Below, piece after piece: positions 1 to 7,525 of a stretch of 39,162 nt of DNA (the stretch's first letter is position 1; every line of letters begins with the position of its first letter). The stretch is from a virus (taxonomy: Duplodnaviria; Caudoviricetes): IMG/VR virus record IMGVR_UViG_3300024232_000033, positions 1 to 39,162 of that record. One strand, given 5' to 3'. The notes below the pieces were generated by a model. That model was not told the DNA's origin. It was given only the letters and a program-made list of their open reading frames with translations, and made no database searches. Both the position numbers and the translations under genes were made by a program.

Positions 1-2
1 GG

Positions 3-209
3 CCGGCGGGCGAACGGGAACAGGAGGTTGGAGGGACGCTCGTTACTCTCTCCGCCCTGTGCGAAGCTCAAGGAATTGATATAGAATTTGTCTCAGAAGT
101 CGAACTCGCGAGGTGCTATGAGAAGATCGAAAAGATCCGCGGGAAGCAGCTCTGGAAGCAAGAGCAAGGGATCGGGGTGGATCTCGAAGGACGTGTTCGC
201 GAACCGTAA
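3..209 (+). CDS. MazG-like NTP pyrophosphohydrolase family protein, C-terminal part (truncated at window start)
   Basis: Not in the ORF track. Manual translation gives PAGEREQEVGGTLVTLSALCEAQGIDIEFVSEVELARCYEKIEKIRGK...EP*, with TAA at 207-209. The QEVGG..VTL.ALC...GID......EL.R pattern resembles the C-terminal helices of phage MazG-like proteins. Confidence 0.55.
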   Translation, partial: PAGEREQEVGGTLVTLSALCEAQGIDIEFVSEVELARCYEKIEKIRGKQLWKQEQGIGVDLEGRVREP

Positions 210-372
210 GGAACGAGCATTCGCCCTGTACTGCGCCTTCATCTCGGCAATGGGAGTGCAGACTCCTGCTGTAGCGATTGAACGGTGCTTCGAGCTCGCA
301 GAGCTTTTTGAGAAAGTTGCACGGAGTGAAGAGCGGAAGGTTGTGCGAAGCACGTCGATGGAGAAGGCATGA
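193..372 (+). CDS. small hypothetical protein (start uncertain; the ORF is open from 88)
   Basis: GTG at 193 is in the 88..372 frame and the stop overlaps the next ATG (ATGA). The upstream part of the ORF overlaps the MazG-like gene. Confidence 0.45.
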   Translation: MFANRKERAFALYCAFISAMGVQTPAVAIERCFELAELFEKVARSEERKVVRSTSMEKA

Positions 373-785
373 AAATCGTTGATCCCGGACACACGTACGA
401 ACTCGAGTGGCTCGACGGGAAACCGTTTCCCGGAACGTATTACGTTGATGGAGTGCTCACGTACACCAATCCCTCTCGCTTGACGTTCGTAAAGAGAGAA
501 GGAGCAAAGTATCCTGGCAACGCAGGATCCTATCCCGGCACGAACATGCAGGAAGTGCTTCGCGCACTCATCGATCGGATCAAGTACCTCGACGCACAAA
601 TCCGCCACGACTACAATGCATTCGTCCTGCAGAATCTACGAAGCAGCCTCTTCTGGCTGGAGCGTCGTGCAGCGGAGCTGAAGGGCATTCGCAACTGGCC
701 AAGCACGAGTGATTTTGACCGAATGGAAGAACTTCCGTTCTGTAAGACGTGCGGGCATACATTCTGCAAGGGAGAGTGCAAGTGA
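369..785 (+). CDS. Tad1-like (Thoeris anti-defence) nucleotide-signal sponge candidate with a C-terminal Cys cluster
   Basis: GHTYEL...LTFVKREG...GTNMQEVLRALIDRIKYL...YNAFVLQNLRSSLFWLERR parallels the Tad1 pattern H.Y.I...I.F.KG...G....LL....DRL......N..AL.....L.W..RR. Tail is CKTCGHTFCKGEC. GAGAAGG RBS upstream. Confidence 0.55.
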   Translation: MKIVDPGHTYELEWLDGKPFPGTYYVDGVLTYTNPSRLTFVKREGAKYPGNAGSYPGTNMQEVLRALIDRIKYLDAQIRHDYNAFVLQNLRSSLFWLERRAAELKGIRNWPSTSDFDRMEELPFCKTCGHTFCKGECK

Positions 786-1336
786 GCACCGGAAAAGATT
801 GGATTCTTGCTGCTGCCGGCGAAGTTGCAGATAAAATGACTGATCCGCCGTATGAACACACGCTCGTGCGCTTGCCGAAAGATGCACATGCGAGCGTCGG
901 ATTGATTGTCATGCATGCGATCATGCATCATTCACCGTTCTTACCGGACACCGCATACACAGTGCGTACGTATCGAAGATCGTGCGCAGCAAGTTGTGAA
1001 GTGTCCGGAGAAGAAATGAACCGGGAGAACCTCCAGAACGCCCTTATTACCGTGATTCAGTCATGGAACCGTTGCGACGCGTGTGGCGGCGAGAATGATG
1101 ACGCGCACGACAGTCTTCCCCACATGTTCGAGCCTCCAGACGTGGTGGAAGTGTTCCTAAAAGAGCTGAAGGAGACTGGTCTCATCGTAACTTCTGCTAA
1201 GTCGCAAGACGACCTAGTCGCTCGACTACGTACCTTCGCAGCTGGTTACGCGGAAGATGCAGCGCAGGACATCGAAGACAAGCGTGAGATGTACTCGCTC
1301 ATGATCGAAGCTGCTAATGCACTGGCAATGGATTGA
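782..1336 (+). CDS. hypothetical protein
   Basis: GTG at 782 overlaps the previous TGA and follows GGGAG. Contains CDAC. Stop overlaps the queE start. Confidence 0.65.
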   Translation: MSTGKDWILAAAGEVADKMTDPPYEHTLVRLPKDAHASVGLIVMHAIMHHSPFLPDTAYTVRTYRRSCAASCEVSGEEMNRENLQNALITVIQSWNRCDACGGENDDAHDSLPHMFEPPDVVEVFLKELKETGLIVTSAKSQDDLVARLRTFAAGYAEDAAQDIEDKREMYSLMIEAANALAMD

Positions 1337-2073
1337 GGAAAGAGGAACAGGACATGCTGTACAAAGTCGCAGAACGCTTCAAATCGATCCAAGGCGAAGG
1401 TGTCTACGCTGGAACGCCAATGGCTTTCATCCGATTCGTCGGCTGTTCGGTCGGTAAACGCATCTGCCAGCACTGCGATACGGATTTCGACAAGACGTAT
1501 CCGTGGCGCGGAGGAGGAGAGTTTACCGAACGCGATCTGCTCCTCTGGGCGTATCCCTATAGGCACGTGTGCTTAACGGGCGGAGAACCACTTGATCAGG
1601 ATCTAGAACCTCTGATCAAGGACAACGAGCACGTAGACCTCTTCCACATTGAGACGAGTGGCACGAAGGAGATTCCTGATTGGATGGAGGAGTACCTGCT
1701 CTCGGTAACGAATCCTTCCTTCATGCAGCGTATTTGGATTTGCGTCTCTCCTAAGCCGGGATTCATAGAAGACGTTGTGGACGCTGCAGACGAGGTGAAG
1801 GTGATTGTGCCGGGGCTCGGTGAGATGACAGATGCACTCCGGAAGCAGCTCTGGGAATCAGGGCCTCCAGGAAGCTACAACAACGTCCTTCGCTGGCCCG
1901 GACTTGAAGACGCACTGCGTTGGGAAGCTGCAGGGAAGATCGTATTCCTCCAACCACGCAACGCGAAGTTCGATGTAGACAAGCAGAATCTGCTCTACGT
2001 GCAGGATCTCATTCGGGATAATCCGCAGTTGCGCTTGAGCGTTCAGCTCCATAAGATCCTGAAGGTGCAGTAG
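1333..2073 (+). CDS. queE: 7-carboxy-7-deazaguanine synthase (radical SAM)
   Basis: E.F.SIQGEG..AGTP..FIRFVGC, C-x6-C-x2-CDT, LTGGEP, IETSGT, VSPK, LQP and the C-terminal RLSVQLHK are all QueE hallmarks. The true start may be the ATG at 1354. Confidence 0.93.
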   Translation: MRKEEQDMLYKVAERFKSIQGEGVYAGTPMAFIRFVGCSVGKRICQHCDTDFDKTYPWRGGGEFTERDLLLWAYPYRHVCLTGGEPLDQDLEPLIKDNEHVDLFHIETSGTKEIPDWMEEYLLSVTNPSFMQRIWICVSPKPGFIEDVVDAADEVKVIVPGLGEMTDALRKQLWESGPPGSYNNVLRWPGLEDALRWEAAGKIVFLQPRNAKFDVDKQNLLYVQDLIRDNPQLRLSVQLHKILKVQ

Positions 2074-2238
2074 ATGCACGAAATACTCAAAGACCTCGCT
2101 CTGCTGTTCCTTATTCTCATACTGTTCTGCATCAGCACGGTGCTGATGGCGGCGTTCATGCCGCCAAAGGAACCGGTGTACTGGAAGTTCGACGGCGTCG
2201 TTCATTCATTCGAGTGGAGAGGAGTGCAGAAGCCTTGA
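2074..2238 (+). CDS. 54-aa single-pass membrane protein
   Basis: Manual translation gives MHEILKDLALLFLILILFCISTVLMAAFMPPKEPVYWKFDGVVHSFEWRGVQKP*. It abuts the queE stop and its TGA overlaps the next TTG. Confidence 0.6.
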   Translation: MHEILKDLALLFLILILFCISTVLMAAFMPPKEPVYWKFDGVVHSFEWRGVQKP

Positions 2239-2438
2239 AGCGCAGCAAGATCAAGGTCATCAGCTTATCCTTCCCAGGCGCTCGCTTCTACCTAGTCGCC
2301 GGGATGAAGATCACCCGCTGGCAGTACTTGAAGCCAGGACCAGACGGTCGTGCGATGCGGGGTGCGAAGAAGACTGCGCAGTTCCGGGCACTGTCCGGTG
2401 GACGAAAAGGCGACATGATCAAGGTTGAGGTGGTCTGA
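2235..2438 (+). CDS. small basic hypothetical protein
   Basis: TTG start follows GAGAGGAG. Stop overlaps the next ATG (TGATG). Confidence 0.55.
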   Translation: MKRSKIKVISLSFPGARFYLVAGMKITRWQYLKPGPDGRAMRGAKKTAQFRALSGGRKGDMIKVEVV

Positions 2439-3145
2439 TGAGCGTCGTCGAAACACTGCAACAACACGGCATCTGCACAGTCGAGAAGATGCTGATTTCG
2501 GAAGATCGAGAGATCAAGGAGTTCCTGAAGGACAGGCCGCGGTACGATGGGCACGTCGCACAGGATCTTCGCCCAGTCCACGCAGACAGCACCGTCTGGT
2601 GCTGGCATATGCACGACGTGCTCCGCGCTCCGCACTTCCTCGAATTCGCACTGCAGTTTAATGATGTTGCGGAAGAGTACCTTCAGCAGGAGCCGGTGCT
2701 CTACTCACTGAACGCGTTCACCACCTTCCCTTCGAACAAACCTCTCTCGAAGGACATTCAAGAACTCCACCGAGATCGAGATGACGTTCGCTTCCTCGCG
2801 CTCTTCATGTATCACGATACATACGTGCTGACGGAGCAGGACGGTCCGCACAAGTTCATGCTTGGCTCGCACGGAGGTCGGACTCCGCAGCGACCTCAAG
2901 TCGCAACAATCTACGGGCATCCAGGCTGCGCCTTTCTCGCGGATACGAGCGGCCTGCACTATGGGGCTCGCCCCACGGGCCTCCGCTCTCGCTCCATACT
3001 CTGGGCGCGGTGGGGAGTGAGCGATCCTCCTGCAAGTTACACATGGGACAAGCTCTCGCCGATTCCTGCAGAGGAACTCGGAACGCGATTCACTGCGCTC
3101 GATGCACGGACGCGTAGGATCGTGCGATTGGTGGTGAAACCGTGA
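2438..3145 (+). CDS. 2OG-Fe(II) dioxygenase, phytanoyl-CoA dioxygenase (PhyH)-like
   Basis: HxD motif (LHRD), GPH.F..GSH, G.AFLADT.GLH.G distal His and a downstream Arg (RSR) match the PhyH-type facial triad layout. Confidence 0.8.
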   Translation: MSVVETLQQHGICTVEKMLISEDREIKEFLKDRPRYDGHVAQDLRPVHADSTVWCWHMHDVLRAPHFLEFALQFNDVAEEYLQQEPVLYSLNAFTTFPSNKPLSKDIQELHRDRDDVRFLALFMYHDTYVLTEQDGPHKFMLGSHGGRTPQRPQVATIYGHPGCAFLADTSGLHYGARPTGLRSRSILWARWGVSDPPASYTWDKLSPIPAEELGTRFTALDARTRRIVRLVVKP

Positions 3146-3333
3146 GCGTGCAGAGCCGATGGTTGAATGCGCGAGCTAATCGCGGCATCTGTGCACGCTG
3201 CCCCGCTCGCGTTTGCAAAGCAAATCGCAGATTCTGCGAACGGCACAGGCTTGAAAACTGCGCAGCGAAACGGCGAGGCAGGATCCACAAGCGCGAAGCA
3301 CTCCGACGCTGGAAGAAGGCTCAAATTGCCTAA
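3142..3333 (+). CDS. small basic Cys-rich (zinc-finger-like) protein
   Basis: GTGA overlap with the previous gene. Contains CARC...C...FCERH. Confidence 0.5.
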   Translation: MSVQSRWLNARANRGICARCPARVCKANRRFCERHRLENCAAKRRGRIHKREALRRWKKAQIA

Positions 3334-3577
3334 GCGCGATTGCTACTGCACTACGTGCAACATGCGTATTCCGAAGGAACGCGTCCGCACTTCGCATCAT
3401 GGAGTGCTAACTCACACCGTCCTACGGAGTAGTACGTCCGGAGATATCGAAGGGTTCGTTGAAGTACAATATCACATCGTGAAAGAATTGGAGGACGGCG
3501 TTGATCAACGACAGGAAGATGAGGAGCGGAGTGAAGATGCTGCTGGAGGGCATGGGAGTGGATCTGAAGGATCCTAA
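3326..3577 (+). CDS. hypothetical protein with a CxCxxC motif
   Basis: TTG at 3326 is in the 3167..3577 frame and follows GGAAGAAGG. Sequence begins LPKRDCYCTTC. The 3' end overlaps folE. Confidence 0.45.
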   Translation: MPKRDCYCTTCNMRIPKERVRTSHHGVLTHTVLRSSTSGDIEGFVEVQYHIVKELEDGVDQRQEDEERSEDAAGGHGSGSEGS

Positions 3578-4046
3578 CTTCAGGGATACTCCGGCTCGCG
3601 TTGCAAAGATGTATCGCGAGATGCTCTCTCCTCGCGCGAATAATTGGATGACATTCCCGGCGAAGGCCTCGGACTTAATCATCCTTCGCGGACACCGCGT
3701 CATCGCGATCTGCCCGCATCACTTGCAGCCCGTGGAGATCCGTGCCTGCGTCGGCTACATCCCAGGAAAGAAGACGATCGGCCTGAGCAAGCTCGCTCGC
3801 GTGATCGAAGAACAACTCACCGCTCCGATGATGCAAGAGGATCTGGCGGAAGCCGTTGCAGATGCGATCGACAAGAAGCTGGATCCGAAAGGGGTCGGCG
3901 TCGTGCTTGCAGGAGTCCACGGATGCATGCGATTCAGGGGCGTTCGCACGAGCGGCGATGTGATCACGTCCGTGATGAAGGGCGTCCTCCTGCTCAACTC
4001 CGCAGCGAGAAGCGAGTTCCTGCAACTGATCGGGTCACCAACCTAA
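3501..4046 (+). CDS. folE: GTP cyclohydrolase I
   Basis: TPARVAKMY, C.HH..P, GLSKLAR, QE and H.CM..RG motifs. GGAGG RBS. Confidence 0.95.
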   Translation: MINDRKMRSGVKMLLEGMGVDLKDPNFRDTPARVAKMYREMLSPRANNWMTFPAKASDLIILRGHRVIAICPHHLQPVEIRACVGYIPGKKTIGLSKLARVIEEQLTAPMMQEDLAEAVADAIDKKLDPKGVGVVLAGVHGCMRFRGVRTSGDVITSVMKGVLLLNSAARSEFLQLIGSPT

Positions 4047-4080
4047 CGGCACGCACTGCGTGCGAAGGAGATTGTAAAGC

Positions 4081-4542
4081 ATGCCACGAGGAATGCCAAT
4101 GCCGAAGAGCTTGAGGAAGATCGACTTCTTTGATGGACCGTACTTCTTCCTCTCGAACTTCTACGCGAGTGAGATTGAGTATGAAGGTCGCACTTACAAG
4201 ACCGTTGAACACGCCTTTCAAGCAGCGAAGGCGCTGCGCATCGAACACAAGATCGCGGTGCAAGAGGCTGCCGGTCCTGGCCAGGCGAAGGCGATGGGCC
4301 AGCGCGTCCAGCTTCGTCCGGATTGGGAATCGGTGAAGTATACAGTAATGCTCAACTGCCTCCGGTTGAAGTTTGCGAAGGACCCGCTGCGAAGCAGGCT
4401 GCTTGAGACAGGCGAGGCGGAGCTCGTTGAAGGGAACACGTGGGGAGATCGAGTCTGGGGCGTCGTCGATGGCGTCGGCGAGAATCATCTCGGCCGCCTA
4501 CTGATGCAAGTACGGCGCGAGCTGCAGACGGAACAGGCGTAG
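4081..4542 (+). CDS. NADAR family protein (YbiA-like N-glycosidase / ADP-ribosyl-guanine hydrolase)
   Basis: FLSNFY, TVEHAFQAAK, AK..G, RPDW, KF, L..TG...LVEGN.WGD..WG and G.N.LG..LM.VR are all NADAR motifs. Confidence 0.93.
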   Translation: MPRGMPMPKSLRKIDFFDGPYFFLSNFYASEIEYEGRTYKTVEHAFQAAKALRIEHKIAVQEAAGPGQAKAMGQRVQLRPDWESVKYTVMLNCLRLKFAKDPLRSRLLETGEAELVEGNTWGDRVWGVVDGVGENHLGRLLMQVRRELQTEQA

Positions 4543-4545
4543 CCC

Positions 4546-7194
4546 ATGGCAGAAGTTCCGAAAGGCCTTTTCAATGATCCCGACCCTATCACTCTTCCGG
4601 CAGGCGTGCCGAAGAAGGATGTCCGAGTTGTTCCACCCGCTCCAGTTCTGGCTGTGCCAAGTGATGTGGGTTCTGAAGCTGCTGGACTCGTGTCTGATGA
4701 CAATCCTTACGGGAAACCCGACGGGTGTCGTGCGTGCGGTCTTTTCCGAGAACCTGGCATCGTACAAGGAAGCGGAAACCGATCCGCACGAATTCTCTTC
4801 GTTGCTGAAGCACCTGGAGCAGAAGAAGTATCGGATTGGCGTATCCGGACTGGACGCACACGCCCGTTGGTTGGGGGAGCAGGTCGACTTCTCTCAAAGC
4901 TCCTCGAACACTCCGGGCTCGATCGAGATCGAGATATGTTTGTGTCAAATTGCGTTAAGTGTCGACCACCTGGAAATCGCCTTCCAACGGATGGAGAAGT
5001 CGCTTGCTGCGCTCGATTCCTTATACGAGAAATCGAAGAAGTCGATCCCGCCGTCATCATCGCAGCCGGGGAGCTAGCACTCAATGTCCTCACGAACAAG
5101 AAGAAGATCGGCCTCTGGCGAGGAGTTCCAACAGCAGGACCTAGCTTCGCAAGAGCAGATGGATCTACTCGAACCTACAAAGTCTTCCCAACCTGGCACC
5201 CCGCCTTCATCGCCCGCGCGCAGTACAACTGGCCGTTCGCGGTCCATGACCTGGCGAGAGCGAAGACTGAAAGCACGTTCGAAGAAATCCGTCGTATACC
5301 GATCAACATTATCCGAAACGCGGATGTTGGCACTCATGGAGATGCTCTGCTCCGAAGTGCAAGAGAGCGGGGAGCCATTACGTTCGACTACGAGACCACT
5401 GGTCTCCATGCGAAGTACGATCAGATTCTCATGTCAGGTTTTGTCGCGCGGCCAGATCAGGGTGAAGTGTACGATTGGACCCTTGGTACTCAACGACTTT
5501 TTCAAGAAATACTTGACGACCCTCGAATCGAAATCTGCGGTCAGAACATACTCTACTTCGACCTCCCGCTCGCGGAGGCCAAAGGCCAGAACATCGACAG
5601 TGCCTGGAGTAGGGTCTTCGACACGCTAGTCGCCTTTCACCTCTGCAATTCATCCTACGGCCAGACGAGCGTAAGTGAGCAGAAGCCGGGAGGCCGAGGG
5701 CCGCGTGGAGCGGAGAAGGATCTCGCGTTCATCGCGAGCAACCATACAGACATCGAGTACTGGAAGAGCAGGGAGATGTACGGATCAGACCTCAAGGGCG
5801 TGTGCGGAATCGATTGCATCGCGACCGACCGCTCGGCGTATCATCCGACCGAAGGCCTGAAGGCCGAGCTCCGAAGATACGACATGGAGGATCTATACTG
5901 GAAGCACGTCCTACCTGTACACCCCGTAATCCACCGTATGAACAGGCGAGGAATCAAGTTCGATCAGGAGCAAGGCGTGCTCTGGAGCTACGCGCTGAAG
6001 ACAAAGGCCGAGCAACTCACGGCTGCGCTCCGAGAGGGTCTGAATGCCCCGTATCTCAACCTCAATTCCCCTCAGCAGTTGATGAAGCTCTTGTATGATG
6101 ACATGGGGCTCGCCCCACAGTACATCGAGGATAAGAAGAGAGGGCGGAGGCGTACTGCGAACAAGGAAGCGGTCGAGAAGCTCGCAGAGCTGTACCCTGA
6201 GAATAAAATCGTTGCATCGATCGCGACGATCCGCCACTTGGAGAAGATGGATTCGACCTACGTGCAACCTGGCCTCGAGTCGGAAGACGGGAAGCTGCAT
6301 CCGCGGTTCGGTGTGAGTAAGGCGAGCACAGGCAGATTCAACTCGTGGGACCCGAACGAGCAGAATGTGCCTGAGGAAATGCGGATCTTGCAGATCCCGG
6401 ATGATGAGGATTGCGTACTGCTTTCAGCGGACTGGAGCCAGATCGAGTGGCGGCTGGCCATGATCCTCTCTGGCGATCCAGTCGGCCTGGCACTCCTGAC
6501 GAGCGGGGAGGACATCCACACCGCAACCGCATCTGAAACGCTCGGACTGAAGATCGCAGATGTGACCGACGCCATCCGCCACCGCTCGAAGTTCATCGTC
6601 TACGGGCTCGGATACGGACGCGGAGCGTCGAGCATCGCGAGTGCGAACGGCTGGGAGATGAGCTTCGTCAACAACTTCATCCAGTCGTTCTTCTCCCGCT
6701 TCCGCGTGTTTGGCAACTGGCGAGACGGGAACGTGAAGTATGTGAAAGAGAATCACTACCTCAAGAACGCCTTCAAGCGTCGGAGATGGTGGTACACTTG
6801 GGAAGTGACTGAAGTCTACAACTTCCCTCAGCAAAGTACTGCAGCGGATATGATGTACGAGATTCTCGTCGCGCAGGAGCGACAGCTCCCGAAGGACAGC
6901 AGCCTTCGGCTGACCGTGCACGACGAAGTCGTGATCAATGCTCCGAAGGATCGGAAGATCCTCACCGACACAATCTCCTGTGTCAAGGAAACGATGGAAC
7001 GGGCATGGCCGGAGATCGTAGAGGCAAGTGCCAACCCGGACATCGTCAAGCAGTACTACCCGAACGGGTGGTTCTGCCCTTCGGACATTCACATTGGAAC
7101 GAACTGGCGGATGTGTAAGAGCAAGGACCCGAATGACAAGAAGGCGCGTGCTGAGCTTTGCAAGCAGCTCGGCGTCGCGCACCTGATCAACTGA
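4546..7194 (+). CDS. polA: family A DNA polymerase with N-terminal family-4 uracil-DNA glycosylase-like domain and 3'-5' exonuclease (SPO1-type architecture)
   Basis: UDG domain: CRAC, AEAPG.EE, NCVKCRPPGNR, C..FL..EI, WHPA. Exonuclease: DYETTG, GQN..YFD. Polymerase: STGRF, ADWSQIEWR (motif A), RHRSKFIVYGLGYG (motif B), TVHDE (motif C). Confidence 0.95.
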   Translation: MAEVPKGLFNDPDPITLPAGVPKKDVRVVPPAPVLAVPSDVGSEAAGLVSDDNPYGKPDGCRACGLFREPGIVQGSGNRSARILFVAEAPGAEEVSDWRIRTGRTRPLVGGAGRLLSKLLEHSGLDRDRDMFVSNCVKCRPPGNRLPTDGEVACCARFLIREIEEVDPAVIIAAGELALNVLTNKKKIGLWRGVPTAGPSFARADGSTRTYKVFPTWHPAFIARAQYNWPFAVHDLARAKTESTFEEIRRIPINIIRNADVGTHGDALLRSARERGAITFDYETTGLHAKYDQILMSGFVARPDQGEVYDWTLGTQRLFQEILDDPRIEICGQNILYFDLPLAEAKGQNIDSAWSRVFDTLVAFHLCNSSYGQTSVSEQKPGGRGPRGAEKDLAFIASNHTDIEYWKSREMYGSDLKGVCGIDCIATDRSAYHPTEGLKAELRRYDMEDLYWKHVLPVHPVIHRMNRRGIKFDQEQGVLWSYALKTKAEQLTAALREGLNAPYLNLNSPQQLMKLLYDDMGLAPQYIEDKKRGRRRTANKEAVEKLAELYPENKIVASIATIRHLEKMDSTYVQPGLESEDGKLHPRFGVSKASTGRFNSWDPNEQNVPEEMRILQIPDDEDCVLLSADWSQIEWRLAMILSGDPVGLALLTSGEDIHTATASETLGLKIADVTDAIRHRSKFIVYGLGYGRGASSIASANGWEMSFVNNFIQSFFSRFRVFGNWRDGNVKYVKENHYLKNAFKRRRWWYTWEVTEVYNFPQQSTAADMMYEILVAQERQLPKDSSLRLTVHDEVVINAPKDRKILTDTISCVKETMERAWPEIVEASANPDIVKQYYPNGWFCPSDIHIGTNWRMCKSKDPNDKKARAELCKQLGVAHLIN

Positions 7195-7204
7195 AGGAGC
7201 ACGT

Positions 7205-7525
7205 ATGAAACATCGTGTACTGCGTACGTATCACAGGCCGAGTACAAGTCCTTCCGAGAAGGTTGAGTGGTTGCTGCGGAACGCGAAGGAATGGGAAGGT
7301 TTCCCCTCCCTCTACGATCTGCCGAACACAGAGATGTACGAACGGATGCAACGCCTTGCGAAACGCGCGATAGAGGAAGGCGTGTATTCGAAGAGCACGT
7401 ATCTCGGAGACGTGATCTCCAGCTTGAAGAAGCATATTGTCAGTGCACGGGCGCTTCGCCGGAGCGAACGTGTCGCAGGAGCCCTGCTTGCAGATTCCCC
7501 GGCTAAATCGGAGGGAGGTGCGTAG
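7205..7525 (+). CDS. hypothetical protein
   Basis: GAAGGAG RBS; fills the gap between polA and the dpdA-like gene. Confidence 0.7.
   Translation: MKHRVLRTYHRPSTSPSEKVEWLLRNAKEWEGFPSLYDLPNTEMYERMQRLAKRAIEEGVYSKSTYLGDVISSLKKHIVSARALRRSERVAGALLADSPAKSEGGA

Noticed and set aside
4049-4063. Small hairpin GCACGC-ACT-GCGTGC before the NADAR RBS (similar one at 11910-11924)
   Set aside because: The stems are only 5-6 bp with no U-tract, which is too weak to call a terminator or regulator.
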